Positions 14,733-23,227 are shown, counted from the first letter of the stretch. The stretch is 24,000 nucleotides of DNA from Bacillota bacterium (GCA_029907475.1 JARYLU010000007.1:1-24000), one strand, 5' to 3'. Notes: generated by a model from the letters alone, not told the origin. Translations and numbers: made by a program.

Positions 14733-15869
14733 TCACGGCTGCCAGGCTGCATCCCCGGCCCCAGTTGCTACTTTTCTGGGGGAAGTGCCGTCCGCTTCGG
14801 CAACGTAAATATCCCACTTGAACCCATTTTCCCCGGCCGCTTTCGCGAGGAGAATCTTCCTCCCATCCGGGGATACCTGGAGCCAGCTCACCCAGCCCGG
14901 AACCTCTGCAAAAGGGGAGGCCCTGCCCGTCCCCAAATCTAACACCTCGTATTTGGGGACATGCAAATGGGCCTGGGGGGCGTAAAGAAGGCCCCCGCCA
15001 CCGGGCAGCCACTGCGGATCACCTGCCGTTGCAGAGAGTACGGCCTTGCTTGTCCCTGTCTTCCGGTCTAAAAGCCACCAGCAGTCGCCGCCCCCGGCAG
15101 GCTCCGCATAGATCAGTACGTATTTCCCGTCTGGGGACCAGAGGGCGTCAACGGGAGCCTGGCCGCTTGCCCAGATGGTCTGACTGATAAGCTCCTCCGG
15201 TTCTCGTCCCGCTGCTGGAAGCGTGACCAGGCGCGCCCTGACTCTTCCTCCCTCCCCTTCACTGGCGGTGATCCAGAAACTGATCCGGTCTTCCCCGGGT
15301 ACCTCCCGGGGGTGCCAGACCCGCTCGTTTCCGCTTTTCTGTGTGGCGTAAAGAACCCTGGCGCGGTAAACATCCCCCTCCTCCCGCGCCACCCAGATTG
15401 TATCCAGGCTCGCAAGAACAAGGGACTCTCCCCCGGAAAGCCAGGCCATTTCCCCCGGCTCCTGGGCAAGGGGGCCCTGGGGGCCGATTACGGGTTTAAC
15501 TTTACCCTTGAGATCCAAAACCCCGGCGTAACCGGTAATCCACTCCCCGCTGCGGTCCACGGCTGTCAGGACCGCAATTTTTTCGCCTGTAGGGGCCCAG
15601 GGTCCAAGCGACACGTTTCCCGCATTGCCGATCCTGCGCCCTCCTTCTCCCGACGCCTTCACGATCCAGATGTACCCATCCTGCTCGTAAGCGATCAGGC
15701 GATCTTCCGGAGCAATTTCGCGCTTTGTGCGGCTCTCCCCGGCGGGGCCGGCCTCCCGGGTGCCGCGGCAACCGCTCCCTCCTGCGAGGAGCACCGCACC
15801 GATTACTAAACAGCAAAAAAGAGCCGGAACTTTCCCCCAGTACCACTTATTTCCCCCCAAGTCCACCAT
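14733..15869 (-). CDS. TolB-like beta-propeller (PD40 repeat) lipoprotein
   Basis: WSPDGKY and VSPDGRK PD40-type repeats are present. The start is set at ATG 15869, which gives a signal peptide KVPALFCCLVIGAVLLAGGSGC with a lipobox-like GSGC. The upstream 35 codons of the ORF track have no SD. Confidence 0.7.
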   Translation of the reverse strand: MVDLGGNKWYWGKVPALFCCLVIGAVLLAGGSGCRGTREAGPAGESRTKREIAPEDRLIAYEQDGYIWIVKASGEGGRRIGNAGNVSLGPWAPTGEKIAVLTAVDRSGEWITGYAGVLDLKGKVKPVIGPQGPLAQEPGEMAWLSGGESLVLASLDTIWVAREEGDVYRARVLYATQKSGNERVWHPREVPGEDRISFWITASEGEGGRVRARLVTLPAAGREPEELISQTIWASGQAPVDALWSPDGKYVLIYAEPAGGGDCWWLLDRKTGTSKAVLSATAGDPQWLPGGGGLLYAPQAHLHVPKYEVLDLGTGRASPFAEVPGWVSWLQVSPDGRKILLAKAAGENGFKWDIYVAEADGTSPRKVATGAGDAAWQP

Positions 15870-16094
15870 CTCCTTACAGAATTTCCTGAATTTTATTTCG
15901 CCGGAAAAAGCCCAAATCCTGCCTGAACGGACTAATTGGTTCCCGGCGCCTTTTATGTCCAATTCTCCAATCAAATTCAGATTAAGGAAAGGCGGCCGGG
16001 GAAATGATAAGAATAGCTTGAAACAATTATCTAACAGGATAAGTTATTAAAAATTTAAAGATAAAAAATGATTTAGACATTGAGCGGCAAAGAA

Positions 16095-16103
16095 TGGTAA
16101 AAT
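16095..16103 (+). promoter_or_regulatory. Possible extended -10 element (TGgTAAAAT) for the radical SAM gene
   Basis: TGGTAAAAT lies 28 nt upstream of ATG 16131 in an AT-rich divergent intergenic region. There is no good -35 hexamer. Confidence 0.3.
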
Positions 16104-16130
16104 GGTAGAAAAGAAAGGGGAGTGTACACC

Positions 16131-17636
16131 ATGAAAATTCTTCTTCTTTACCCCAACTACCCGGAGAGCTTCTGGAGCTTCAAGTACGCCCTCAAGTTCA
16201 TCAGCAAAAAAGCCGCCCATCCCCCGCTCGGCCTTTTGACTGTCGCCGCAATGCTTCCCCGCGCCTGGGAAAAAAGACTCATTGACCTGAATGTAAAAAA
16301 GCTCACGGACGAGGACCTGAAATGGGCCGATTACGTCTTCATAAGCGCGATGGCGATCCAGAGGAATTCCGTAAAAGAGATCCTCGCCCGCTGTAAGTCC
16401 CTCGGAGTCAGGACCGTCGCGGGAGGGCCTCTCTTCACGATGGAACCGGAAGAGTTTAACGAAGTGGATCACCTGGTCCTTAACGAAGCAGAAATTACGC
16501 TGCCCGAATTCCTGGATGATTTAGAAAAAGGGGCTGCAAAGCACATTTACACCACTGGCCGGCGCCCGGACCTGGAGAGGACCCCGGTACCCATGTGGGA
16601 GCTCATTAATCTCAACGACTACGCCTCCATGAGCATCCAGTATTCCCGGGGGTGCCCCTACGATTGCGAGTTTTGCGACATCACCTCTCTGTACGGGCGT
16701 AAACCCCGCCTTAAAAATGTAGCCCAGTTGTTGCTGGAGCTCGACTCCCTTTATGAACGCGGCTGGAAAGGGAGCATTTTTATCGTTGACGACAACTTCA
16801 TCGGGAATAAGGCCAGGTTAAAGGGAGAGGCTTTACCTGCCATGATCGAGTGGATGGAAAAGCACAAGTATCCCTTTTCGTTCATCACGGAGACCTCGAT
16901 CAACCTGGCAGATGACGAAGAGTTGATGGATCTGATGAGAAGGGCGGGATTTTCCCACGTCTTTATCGGAATCGAAACGCCAAGTGAAGAAAGCTTAAAA
17001 GAATGCAATAAGTTTCATAATGTGAACCGGAACCTGCTCGCCTCGGTAAAAAAGATCCAGAATTATGGCTTCCAGGTAAGCGCCGGATTCATCGTCGGTT
17101 TTGACAACGATACCCCGTCGATTTTCGACAGGCAGATCAACTTTATCCAGCAAAGCGGGATTGTTACGGCAATGGTCGGTTTACTCAACGCCCCGAGAGG
17201 AACGAGATTGTTTGAGCGCCTGAAAAAAGAAAAGCGCTTGCTGCCGAACTTTTCAGGAAACAACACCGATTTTTCCCTTAATTTTATCCCCAAAATGAAC
17301 CCGCAAAAATTGCTCGAGGGTTACAAGAAAATTGTCACAACGATTTATGCGCCCGGGCCCTATTACGACCGGATCTGGGAATTCTTTAAAGAGTTTAAGC
17401 CGGTGAAAAAGAGCAGGATCTCCCAGCTTCGCTTGTGCTACTTAACGGCTCTTTTCAAGGCCATGTTTTACCTGGGCGTTCTTGAAAAAGGAAGAAGGTA
17501 TTACTGGAAGCTCATCCTCAAGACTCTTGTAAAATACCCCCACCTGCTCCCCGAAGCCATTACTTTTGCAATTTACGGCTTCCACTTTCGGAAAATTTTC
17601 AGCAGGCACTCCCCCGCTGTTGAAACCGGTGAGTAA
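16131..17636 (+). CDS. B12-binding domain radical SAM protein with DUF4070-like C-terminus (class B rSAM)
   Basis: MKILLLYPNYPESFWSF...PPLGLLTVAAMLP is a B12-binding-type N-terminus. The radical SAM CX3CX2C motif reads YSRGCPYDCEFCDI. I chose ATG 16131 because of the GGGGAG SD with an 8-nt spacer. Confidence 0.85.
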   Translation: MKILLLYPNYPESFWSFKYALKFISKKAAHPPLGLLTVAAMLPRAWEKRLIDLNVKKLTDEDLKWADYVFISAMAIQRNSVKEILARCKSLGVRTVAGGPLFTMEPEEFNEVDHLVLNEAEITLPEFLDDLEKGAAKHIYTTGRRPDLERTPVPMWELINLNDYASMSIQYSRGCPYDCEFCDITSLYGRKPRLKNVAQLLLELDSLYERGWKGSIFIVDDNFIGNKARLKGEALPAMIEWMEKHKYPFSFITETSINLADDEELMDLMRRAGFSHVFIGIETPSEESLKECNKFHNVNRNLLASVKKIQNYGFQVSAGFIVGFDNDTPSIFDRQINFIQQSGIVTAMVGLLNAPRGTRLFERLKKEKRLLPNFSGNNTDFSLNFIPKMNPQKLLEGYKKIVTTIYAPGPYYDRIWEFFKEFKPVKKSRISQLRLCYLTALFKAMFYLGVLEKGRRYYWKLILKTLVKYPHLLPEAITFAIYGFHFRKIFSRHSPAVETGE

Positions 17637-17724
17637 ATACCGGTAACCGGAAGGGGTTTCTATTGCAAGCGGAAGGCACTAAGGATGAAGGGGGACTGCC
17701 GCGGAGGCGGGAGCGTCCGGTCGG

Positions 17725-18726
17725 TCAAGTGTAGCAGCAAAGCATGCGGGTAAGTTCTCTCTGGATCTCCGCACGTAGCGTCGAAGGAGCCATCACACGG
17801 GCGTGGGAGCCAAAGCCGAGCACCCACCGCCTGACTTCACCCAAACCACTCACCTTCAACCTGAGGATCACCCCCCCATCCTCTTGCTCTTCGATCACCT
17901 GGCTGGGATGCCACCGGCGTTCCCGGATCCAGCGGGCCTGGTAGCTATCGAAGTAAATGACGACCTCTTGCGGAGCCGGGCCCCTTTCAATGCCGAAGCT
18001 GTTTGCCAGGAAAGCTGTCACGGAAAAATCCTCGGGAATCTTAAAGCACCGTTCGGTCAGCCTGATCTCTTTAATGCGGTCCAGGGCGAAGATCCGTACT
18101 TCCCCGCGAGAGTAGCAGAAGGCAATCAGGTACCAGGCCCCGTCGTCGTACCGGAGGTGGTAGGGGGCAACCTCCCGGCTGCTCCATTCCCCCCGGCTTG
18201 CCGTATAGTATTTTACAGCTATAACCTTTCGTTCTTTCAGTGCCTGGTTGAGGAGGGTATAAACCTCCAGCAGCCGGTCTCTATCCCCCCGGACCGGGGT
18301 TTCGTCGAAGGAGATAACCTCCTGAAGGAAGGAGAAATCAACAGAAACGTGCTCGGGGAGGATTAACTCGATCTTTGCAAGCGCCCTCCTGACCATCGCT
18401 TCATAGGGGGTCCCCGCGTAGTGACCGAGGAGCTTCTCTCCCAACAAAAGCCCGATTAACTCCCCCTCGGACAGATCCAGCCTTGGCAACACGAACTCCT
18501 CCCGGTAGAAATAACCCCTCCTTTTCCGCGAGTAGGCCAGGGGTGCACTCATTAAATCGCGCATCGCCTCAAGGTCACGCTCAACCGTGCGCTTGCTTAC
18601 CTCCAGCTTTTCCGCCAGCGCCGGAACATTCGGATATTTTCCTTCCCGGATCATCTGATCGATGATGTAAATCCGCGCCAGCGCCCCCCGTTCCGGGCTT
18701 CGCCCGAAGCATCTTCTTCCCCGCAA
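17725..18726 (-). CDS. WYL-domain transcriptional regulator (YafY/PafBC-like: HTH + WYL + C-terminal extension)
   Basis: The N-terminal HTH is PNVPALAEKLEVSKRTVERDLEAM. The WYL signature is DDGAWYLIAFCYSRGEVRIFALDRI. The ORF-track start is TTG 18726 and the true start is uncertain. Confidence 0.85.
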   Translation of the reverse strand: MRGRRCFGRSPERGALARIYIIDQMIREGKYPNVPALAEKLEVSKRTVERDLEAMRDLMSAPLAYSRKRRGYFYREEFVLPRLDLSEGELIGLLLGEKLLGHYAGTPYEAMVRRALAKIELILPEHVSVDFSFLQEVISFDETPVRGDRDRLLEVYTLLNQALKERKVIAVKYYTASRGEWSSREVAPYHLRYDDGAWYLIAFCYSRGEVRIFALDRIKEIRLTERCFKIPEDFSVTAFLANSFGIERGPAPQEVVIYFDSYQARWIRERRWHPSQVIEEQEDGGVILRLKVSGLGEVRRWVLGFGSHARVMAPSTLRAEIQRELTRMLCCYT

Positions 18727-18757
18727 AAAACCGCCCCCTTTTCTTGGGCCCCGTTTT

Positions 18758-18780
18758 TTCCCTGAAAATTTCCCTGAAAA
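18758..18780. repeat. Tandem direct repeat TTCCCTGAAAA x2 in the WYL regulator upstream region
   Basis: Copies lie at 18758-18768 and 18770-18780 (period 12), 30-55 nt upstream of the annotated start on the coding strand. Confidence 0.4.
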
Positions 18781-18813
18781 AGTCCGCCCTAAATTAATTA
18801 TACGAAATCTGAT

Positions 18814-18830
18814 CCGTCAAATATTGACGG
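18814..18830. promoter_or_regulatory. Palindrome CCGTCAA-ATA-TTGACGG near a perfect minus-strand TATAAT (18802-18797)
   Basis: Two perfect 7-bp arms with a 3-bp spacer overlap the expected -35 position relative to the TATAAT. It is a candidate autoregulatory operator for the WYL regulator. Confidence 0.45.
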
Positions 18831-18939
18831 CACCAAAAACTTTTTTATACCGGAAATCACATTTTTAAAAAGAATTTAATACAAATAGTTTCGATGAAGA
18901 GTGTTTATTTCCTGCCGCTTGCACGCAGTTTCTTACCTT

Positions 18940-20262
18940 TTACAGCCGGATCTGCTGCCAGCGTCCCCGCCGGAACTGCGCCGCAATCAGGAAAGCCCGG
19001 AGCAGCCAGTCGAAAACGGTAATCAGCCAGATCGCGGGGAGACCGAAGGAAAAAACGTAAATCGAGAGGTAAAAAAGAGGAAGGCGAAACAGCCAGGTGC
19101 TCAGGACCGAAATCAGCATCGGAGTCCGGGTATCACCCGCCCCCCGCAGCGCCCCGGCTAGGACCATCTCAAGGGCAATGGTAGGCTGTTCGAAGGCCGC
19201 AATCCTGAGGCACAAAGAGCCCAACGCAACAACCGCCGGATCACGGGCAAAAACGCGGATCACATATTCAGGAAATAAAAGGAAAGTAAGAGAAATCCCG
19301 CCCATTACAATGAGCGCGATTTTCGCTGCCTCCCGGGCATGGCAGTGCGCCTGGAAATATTTTTGCGCCCCCAGGTTCTGCCCCACCAGAGTAGTAGCAG
19401 CTACCGCGAAACCGTAACCGGGCATATAGGAAAGGGATTCCGCCGTCAAGGCAACCTGGTGGGCGGCAAAAGACAGAGTTCCCAGTCCAGCCAGCATGAG
19501 ACTGCCGGTAATCCTTCCAAAACTGAGAAGTGCCTCTTCGAAACCGGCAGGAACGCTCAAATTGCAAATCTTCCAGGCAAGCACCCTATCAAACCTGATG
19601 AATTCGGGAAAACCGACCCTGAGAGGGGTAAGACCCGATGCCAGCAGATATAAGATCAGGATACATCCGACGGTCTGGGCGAAAGCAGTGGCGAGAGCTG
19701 CCCCGCGGACACCTAAAGCAGGGAAACCGAATTTCCCGAAGATTAACACATAGTCGACCGCGATGTGGATCACATTGGTAAGCCCCGCCACCAGGAGGGG
19801 GATCTTCGTTATGCCCGCCCCCCGGAAAATTCCGTTGCCGACAAAAAGCAGGAGGGCAAAGAGGGCGGGGGTTCCGGCAATCCGGAGGTAAGTGGCTGCA
19901 AGCTGCCGGACTTGTAACTCAAAGTGAAACAGGGCAATGATGTCATGAGCAAAGAAGAAGGTGACCAGACCGAACCCGGTTCCGGTGAGCAGCGCAAGGA
20001 AGAGCGCCTGCCCCGCGACCCGGCTGGCCCTTTTCTGATCTGCGGCTCCGAGGGCGCGGGCAACCAGAGCGGTTGCTCCCGCACCGAGAGCTGAAAAAAC
20101 GAAGAGCGCCGAAAAATAAATTTGAGCTCCCAAACCCACAGCAGCCAGGGCGTGTGGTCCAAGACGGCCCACAAAGGCCACATCCACGATGTCAAGGAGC
20201 ATATACAGCATCATTTCCAAAACAGCCGGCCAGGCCAGGGCAAAGATTTTTCTCCTGATCAT
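18940..20262 (-). CDS. MATE family efflux transporter
   Basis: 440 aa with ~12 TM. The N-terminus ALAWPAVLEMMLYMLLDIVDVAFVGRLGPHALAAVGLG and the internal repeat are typical of NorM/DinF-type MATE proteins. AGGAG SD. Confidence 0.9.
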   Translation of the reverse strand: MIRRKIFALAWPAVLEMMLYMLLDIVDVAFVGRLGPHALAAVGLGAQIYFSALFVFSALGAGATALVARALGAADQKRASRVAGQALFLALLTGTGFGLVTFFFAHDIIALFHFELQVRQLAATYLRIAGTPALFALLLFVGNGIFRGAGITKIPLLVAGLTNVIHIAVDYVLIFGKFGFPALGVRGAALATAFAQTVGCILILYLLASGLTPLRVGFPEFIRFDRVLAWKICNLSVPAGFEEALLSFGRITGSLMLAGLGTLSFAAHQVALTAESLSYMPGYGFAVAATTLVGQNLGAQKYFQAHCHAREAAKIALIVMGGISLTFLLFPEYVIRVFARDPAVVALGSLCLRIAAFEQPTIALEMVLAGALRGAGDTRTPMLISVLSTWLFRLPLFYLSIYVFSFGLPAIWLITVFDWLLRAFLIAAQFRRGRWQQIRL

Positions 20263-20420
20263 GAGCCCATCTCCTGCTCTTATATTCTTGCCCCGGCCGG
20301 ATTCCTCCTCTTTCGCCGGCCTTCCATATTATGTGCAAACCTCACTTGCCCCCTTCGGCACGCCCACTCCGGAAACTTGCATTACGACCGGATTGTCCTT
20401 AAAATATAAACTAACCGGAA

Positions 20421-20472
20421 CCGGGCTTGTTCAAGCTGAAAAAGCCCGGAGAGAGTCTCCTTAATTTTTTTT
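20421..20472 (+). terminator. Terminator-like twin hairpin plus T-tract immediately upstream of the PK_C-like gene RBS
   Basis: CCGGGCTT (20421-20428) pairs with AAGCCCGG (20442-20449). GGAGA (20448-20452) pairs with TCTCC (20456-20460). TTAATTTTTTTT (20461-20472) follows. The second hairpin shares 2 nt with the first. The SD AAGGGAG starts at 20474. Confidence 0.45.
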
Positions 20473-20488
20473 CAAGGGAGTGAACAGG

Positions 20489-21034
20489 ATGTACTGGGAA
20501 CAAAAGGGAAGGGTGAATACCGCTGCGACGGCGGAGCTCGCATTGAAAAGGGCACAAGAACTGAAGATTCGCCATCTCGTGGTCGCCTCTAACAGCGGTT
20601 TTACAGTAGAACACTTCCTGGACAGGGGCCTGGAGGTAATCTGTGTCACCCACCATGTAGGTTTCACCGGGCCCGGTGAGGATGAAATGCCGGCCCAGGC
20701 AAGGCAGCGCTTGCTGGATAAAGGGGTGAAAATCCTAACCACCACGCACCTCTTGGCCGGTGTCGACCGCGCTGTGCGCAACAAATTTGGGGGAGTTTAC
20801 CCGGCGGAGATCATCGCCCAGACACTCCGGATGTTCGGCCAGGGTGTAAAAGTCTGTGTGGAAATCGCAGGGATGGCCCTGGATGCCGGGCTGATCCCTT
20901 ACGGCGAGGAAGTAATCGCAGTGGGAGGTTCCGGCACCGGTGCCGATACCGCGCTGGTGATCGTCCCCGCTCATTCCAACCAGTTCTTCGACACAAAAAT
21001 TAAGGAGATCATTTGCAAACCCCGGGAATTCTAA
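20489..21034 (+). CDS. Pyruvate kinase C-terminal (alpha/beta) domain-like protein
   Basis: ~181 aa. RHLVVASNSGFT...VICVTH...AVGGSGTGADTALVI resembles the stand-alone PK_C-like family as I recall it. ATG 20489 follows AAGGGAG with an 8-nt spacer. Confidence 0.6.
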   Translation: MYWEQKGRVNTAATAELALKRAQELKIRHLVVASNSGFTVEHFLDRGLEVICVTHHVGFTGPGEDEMPAQARQRLLDKGVKILTTTHLLAGVDRAVRNKFGGVYPAEIIAQTLRMFGQGVKVCVEIAGMALDAGLIPYGEEVIAVGGSGTGADTALVIVPAHSNQFFDTKIKEIICKPREF

Positions 21035-21810
21035 GGCGATCTTTTCTTTTGAATCCCGCTGTGCTTTTCAATGTAATAATTTTCCTTGATGAGAAGTTCC
21101 GAGATTGGCAGGATCTTGTAGCCCAGTTTCTGCAGCTCTTTAATAATAATGGGGAGCGCCTCGGTGGTGTATCTGGCGTTATTATGAAAGAGGACAATCG
21201 CACCGGGCTGGATATTGTTTAGAACCCGGTCCACCATCACCTCGGCCCCGGCTTCCTGCCAGTCCAGAGAATCCACGCTCCACTGAATAACCTCGTACCC
21301 GAGGCCGCGGGCTGTTTTGATTACGTCGTTGCTGTATTCTCCAAACGGGGGACGGAAAAGGCGGGTCCGTTTCCCGGTCAACTGGTAGATCATTTCTTCA
21401 TTTTCGAGCAGTTCCTTTTTAAACTCCTCTTGGGATAGGGCGGCGCAGTGAGGGTGAGTTGAACTATGGTTCCCCAGCTCGTGCCCTTCGGCGGCGATTC
21501 GCTTCACCATTTCGGGGTATTTTTTTACCCAGATTCCGGTGAGGAAAAAAGTCGTTTTCAGTTTGTTCTCTCTTAAAATTTCCAGCAAGCGCGGCGTGTA
21601 ATCCGCTCCCCAGGCCGCATCAAAAGAAATCGCCACCTTTTTTTCTTTGGTATCCACCGCGTAGATGGGAACCTCCCGGTCAAGCCGGGCCAGAACACCG
21701 GCAACCTGTTCCGCCACCCCCGTAACATAAAGGACCCCCGTGAGGAAGACTGCCCCGGCAAGAACTGCTCCCCGCAGCAGGACATGCCTCCTCAAAAAAA
21801 TGAAGCGCAC
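21031..21810 (-). CDS. Polysaccharide deacetylase family protein (PdaB-like, NodB domain)
   Basis: There is an N-terminal TM/signal. NodB motifs are VAISFDAAWG, FFLTGIW and GHELGNHSSTHPH. The start is GTG 21810, preceded by GGAGGTG. Confidence 0.85.
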   Translation of the reverse strand: MRFIFLRRHVLLRGAVLAGAVFLTGVLYVTGVAEQVAGVLARLDREVPIYAVDTKEKKVAISFDAAWGADYTPRLLEILRENKLKTTFFLTGIWVKKYPEMVKRIAAEGHELGNHSSTHPHCAALSQEEFKKELLENEEMIYQLTGKRTRLFRPPFGEYSNDVIKTARGLGYEVIQWSVDSLDWQEAGAEVMVDRVLNNIQPGAIVLFHNNARYTTEALPIIIKELQKLGYKILPISELLIKENYYIEKHSGIQKKRSP

Positions 21811-21924
21811 GGGACCACCTCCCCTGCTTTTTCTAAAAGTATTTTATTCCGGGGAAGACGGCTTCATGCGCTTTTTTTAATCAATCCGGCCCTGCTTTCC
21901 CTTTCCCGCGCCGGGACAAATACT

Positions 21925-22809
21925 TTACCCGGCGCAGCCCCTGACCTGCCGTACAAGAGACTGGATTTTCAACAGATCCTTTTTTCCAGGGGATGCCTCG
22001 ACCCCGCTGGAGAGGTCGACTCCAGCCGGGTCTACCAGGTTTAGCGCAGTCTGGACATTATCCGGCGTGATCCCCCCGGCCAGAAAAACAGGCCCGGGCA
22101 CCCTTTCCACGAGAATCCGCGCCAGTTTCCAATCGTGCTTTAAACCCGTCCCCCCACGCTGGAGAGCATTTCCCAGCCGGACTGCCGTATCAAGCACCGC
22201 GGCCTGGAGCCCGGCTTGAAATGCAAGGGTTATTTCGTTGATGAGGCCGGTAAGAGAAAGATTTCCATGAAAACTTCCGGCGGGGGGCAAGTGAAAGGAC
22301 TGCCAGATTCCAAAAGAGGGAATGGTGGATGAAAAAGCCTCTTTCAGTTGACGGATCAAGCCAGGGTCGGACTCTCCCAACAACTGCAAACCGGCAGGAG
22401 AAATTTCCGTTCCGACCCTGTACAACCATGTAAAATCGCGCCGGTCCGTTAAGATCAAGACGGGAAGGGGCGAAGTTTCCACCAGGGCACGAGCTTTTGA
22501 AAAACCAACGCTCCGGGGAGAAGAACCGACTTCTAAAATCACGCCGGCCCAGTCAACGCCCGCTGCGCCAACCGCTTCCAGGTCTGTCCGGTTTGTGATG
22601 CCGCAAATCTTAATTTGATACCGCTTCCTCAATGGCGCATCCCCAACCCTTCTCCCCGGTTTAGTTAAGCAGGGTACCACGCACGGCAGTTCCCGGCCCC
22701 TCCCTCGTATCGCGCCCGGTCGATCTGAGCCGCCTGCTCCGGTACGTCGCCGGTTAAAAAGCGGACCTGTCCGGTTTAGGTCTTTACCAATGGTCACTCC
22801 TGTATGCAT
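21925..22809 (-). CDS. trpF: Phosphoribosylanthranilate isomerase (TrpF) with an uncertain N-terminus
   Basis: The PRAI core runs from IKICGIT (about 22620) through GGTGLKHDW...FLAGGITPDNV...GVDLSSGVEASPGKKD. ATG 22809 has the SD AGGAGGGGG. The 60 aa before the core are Arg/Gly-rich and may be leader rather than protein. TTG 22632 is an alternative start. Confidence 0.7.
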   Translation of the reverse strand: MHTGVTIGKDLNRTGPLFNRRRTGAGGSDRPGAIRGRGRELPCVVPCLTKPGRRVGDAPLRKRYQIKICGITNRTDLEAVGAAGVDWAGVILEVGSSPRSVGFSKARALVETSPLPVLILTDRRDFTWLYRVGTEISPAGLQLLGESDPGLIRQLKEAFSSTIPSFGIWQSFHLPPAGSFHGNLSLTGLINEITLAFQAGLQAAVLDTAVRLGNALQRGGTGLKHDWKLARILVERVPGPVFLAGGITPDNVQTALNLVDPAGVDLSSGVEASPGKKDLLKIQSLVRQVRGCAG

Positions 22810-23227
22810 CCTACCCCCTCCTGCCCGTGTTTTCATTTTTTTCATTCCTGCCGGGCAAGAGGCCTGGAGCTTAACTCCTAAATCGATTATATCTTAGCCG
22901 AGGGAGGGCCTCCTGTAAAGTAATTCATCAGCCTCTCTTGTCTTCACCTTTCACCATCGGGCAGGCTGTGCTTTTCCTGCCAGGAGCCTGACGGTCGATC
23001 CCGCCCCGGCCCCTTCCCCGGCGGCAATTCCGGTTTCCCCCAAAATAGTCCACCTGCGGAGATCAGCCCTGCGGCGGAACGAATTAAATATTTGGTGGAT
23101 CAAGGACGTTGCCGCAGGCCCTGGAGAAGAACACCCGGTCGCCTGGGCTGCAATAAAACGCTGCCGGTTTGAAAAGATTCACCCCTTTGAGGTAAAATTA
23201 TTTTAGAACAACGTAGAGGTGAGATCT

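Noticed and set aside
17685-17753. 22-codon Cys-rich small ORF (MKGDCRGGGSVRSVKCSSKACG) just downstream of the B12-radical SAM gene, considered as a RiPP-like precursor
   Set aside because: It overlaps the 3' end of the WYL gene on the other strand and has a poor SD. Short ORFs are frequent by chance in GC-rich DNA. It is only worth revisiting if conserved next to orthologous rSAM genes.
22633-22880. Possible tryptophan T-box leader upstream of trpF (GTGGTACC at about 22680 resembles the T-box core UGGUACC)
   Set aside because: I could not find a Stem I with a specifier loop presenting UGG. The AG-bulge and distal-loop motifs are missing. There is no terminator or anti-SD helix downstream. 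A 7-8 nt match alone is not meaningful.
22908-22918. CCTCCTGTAAA repeated at 22908 and 23751
   Set aside because: Dozens of shared 11-mers are expected by chance in this window, and there is no extended similarity.
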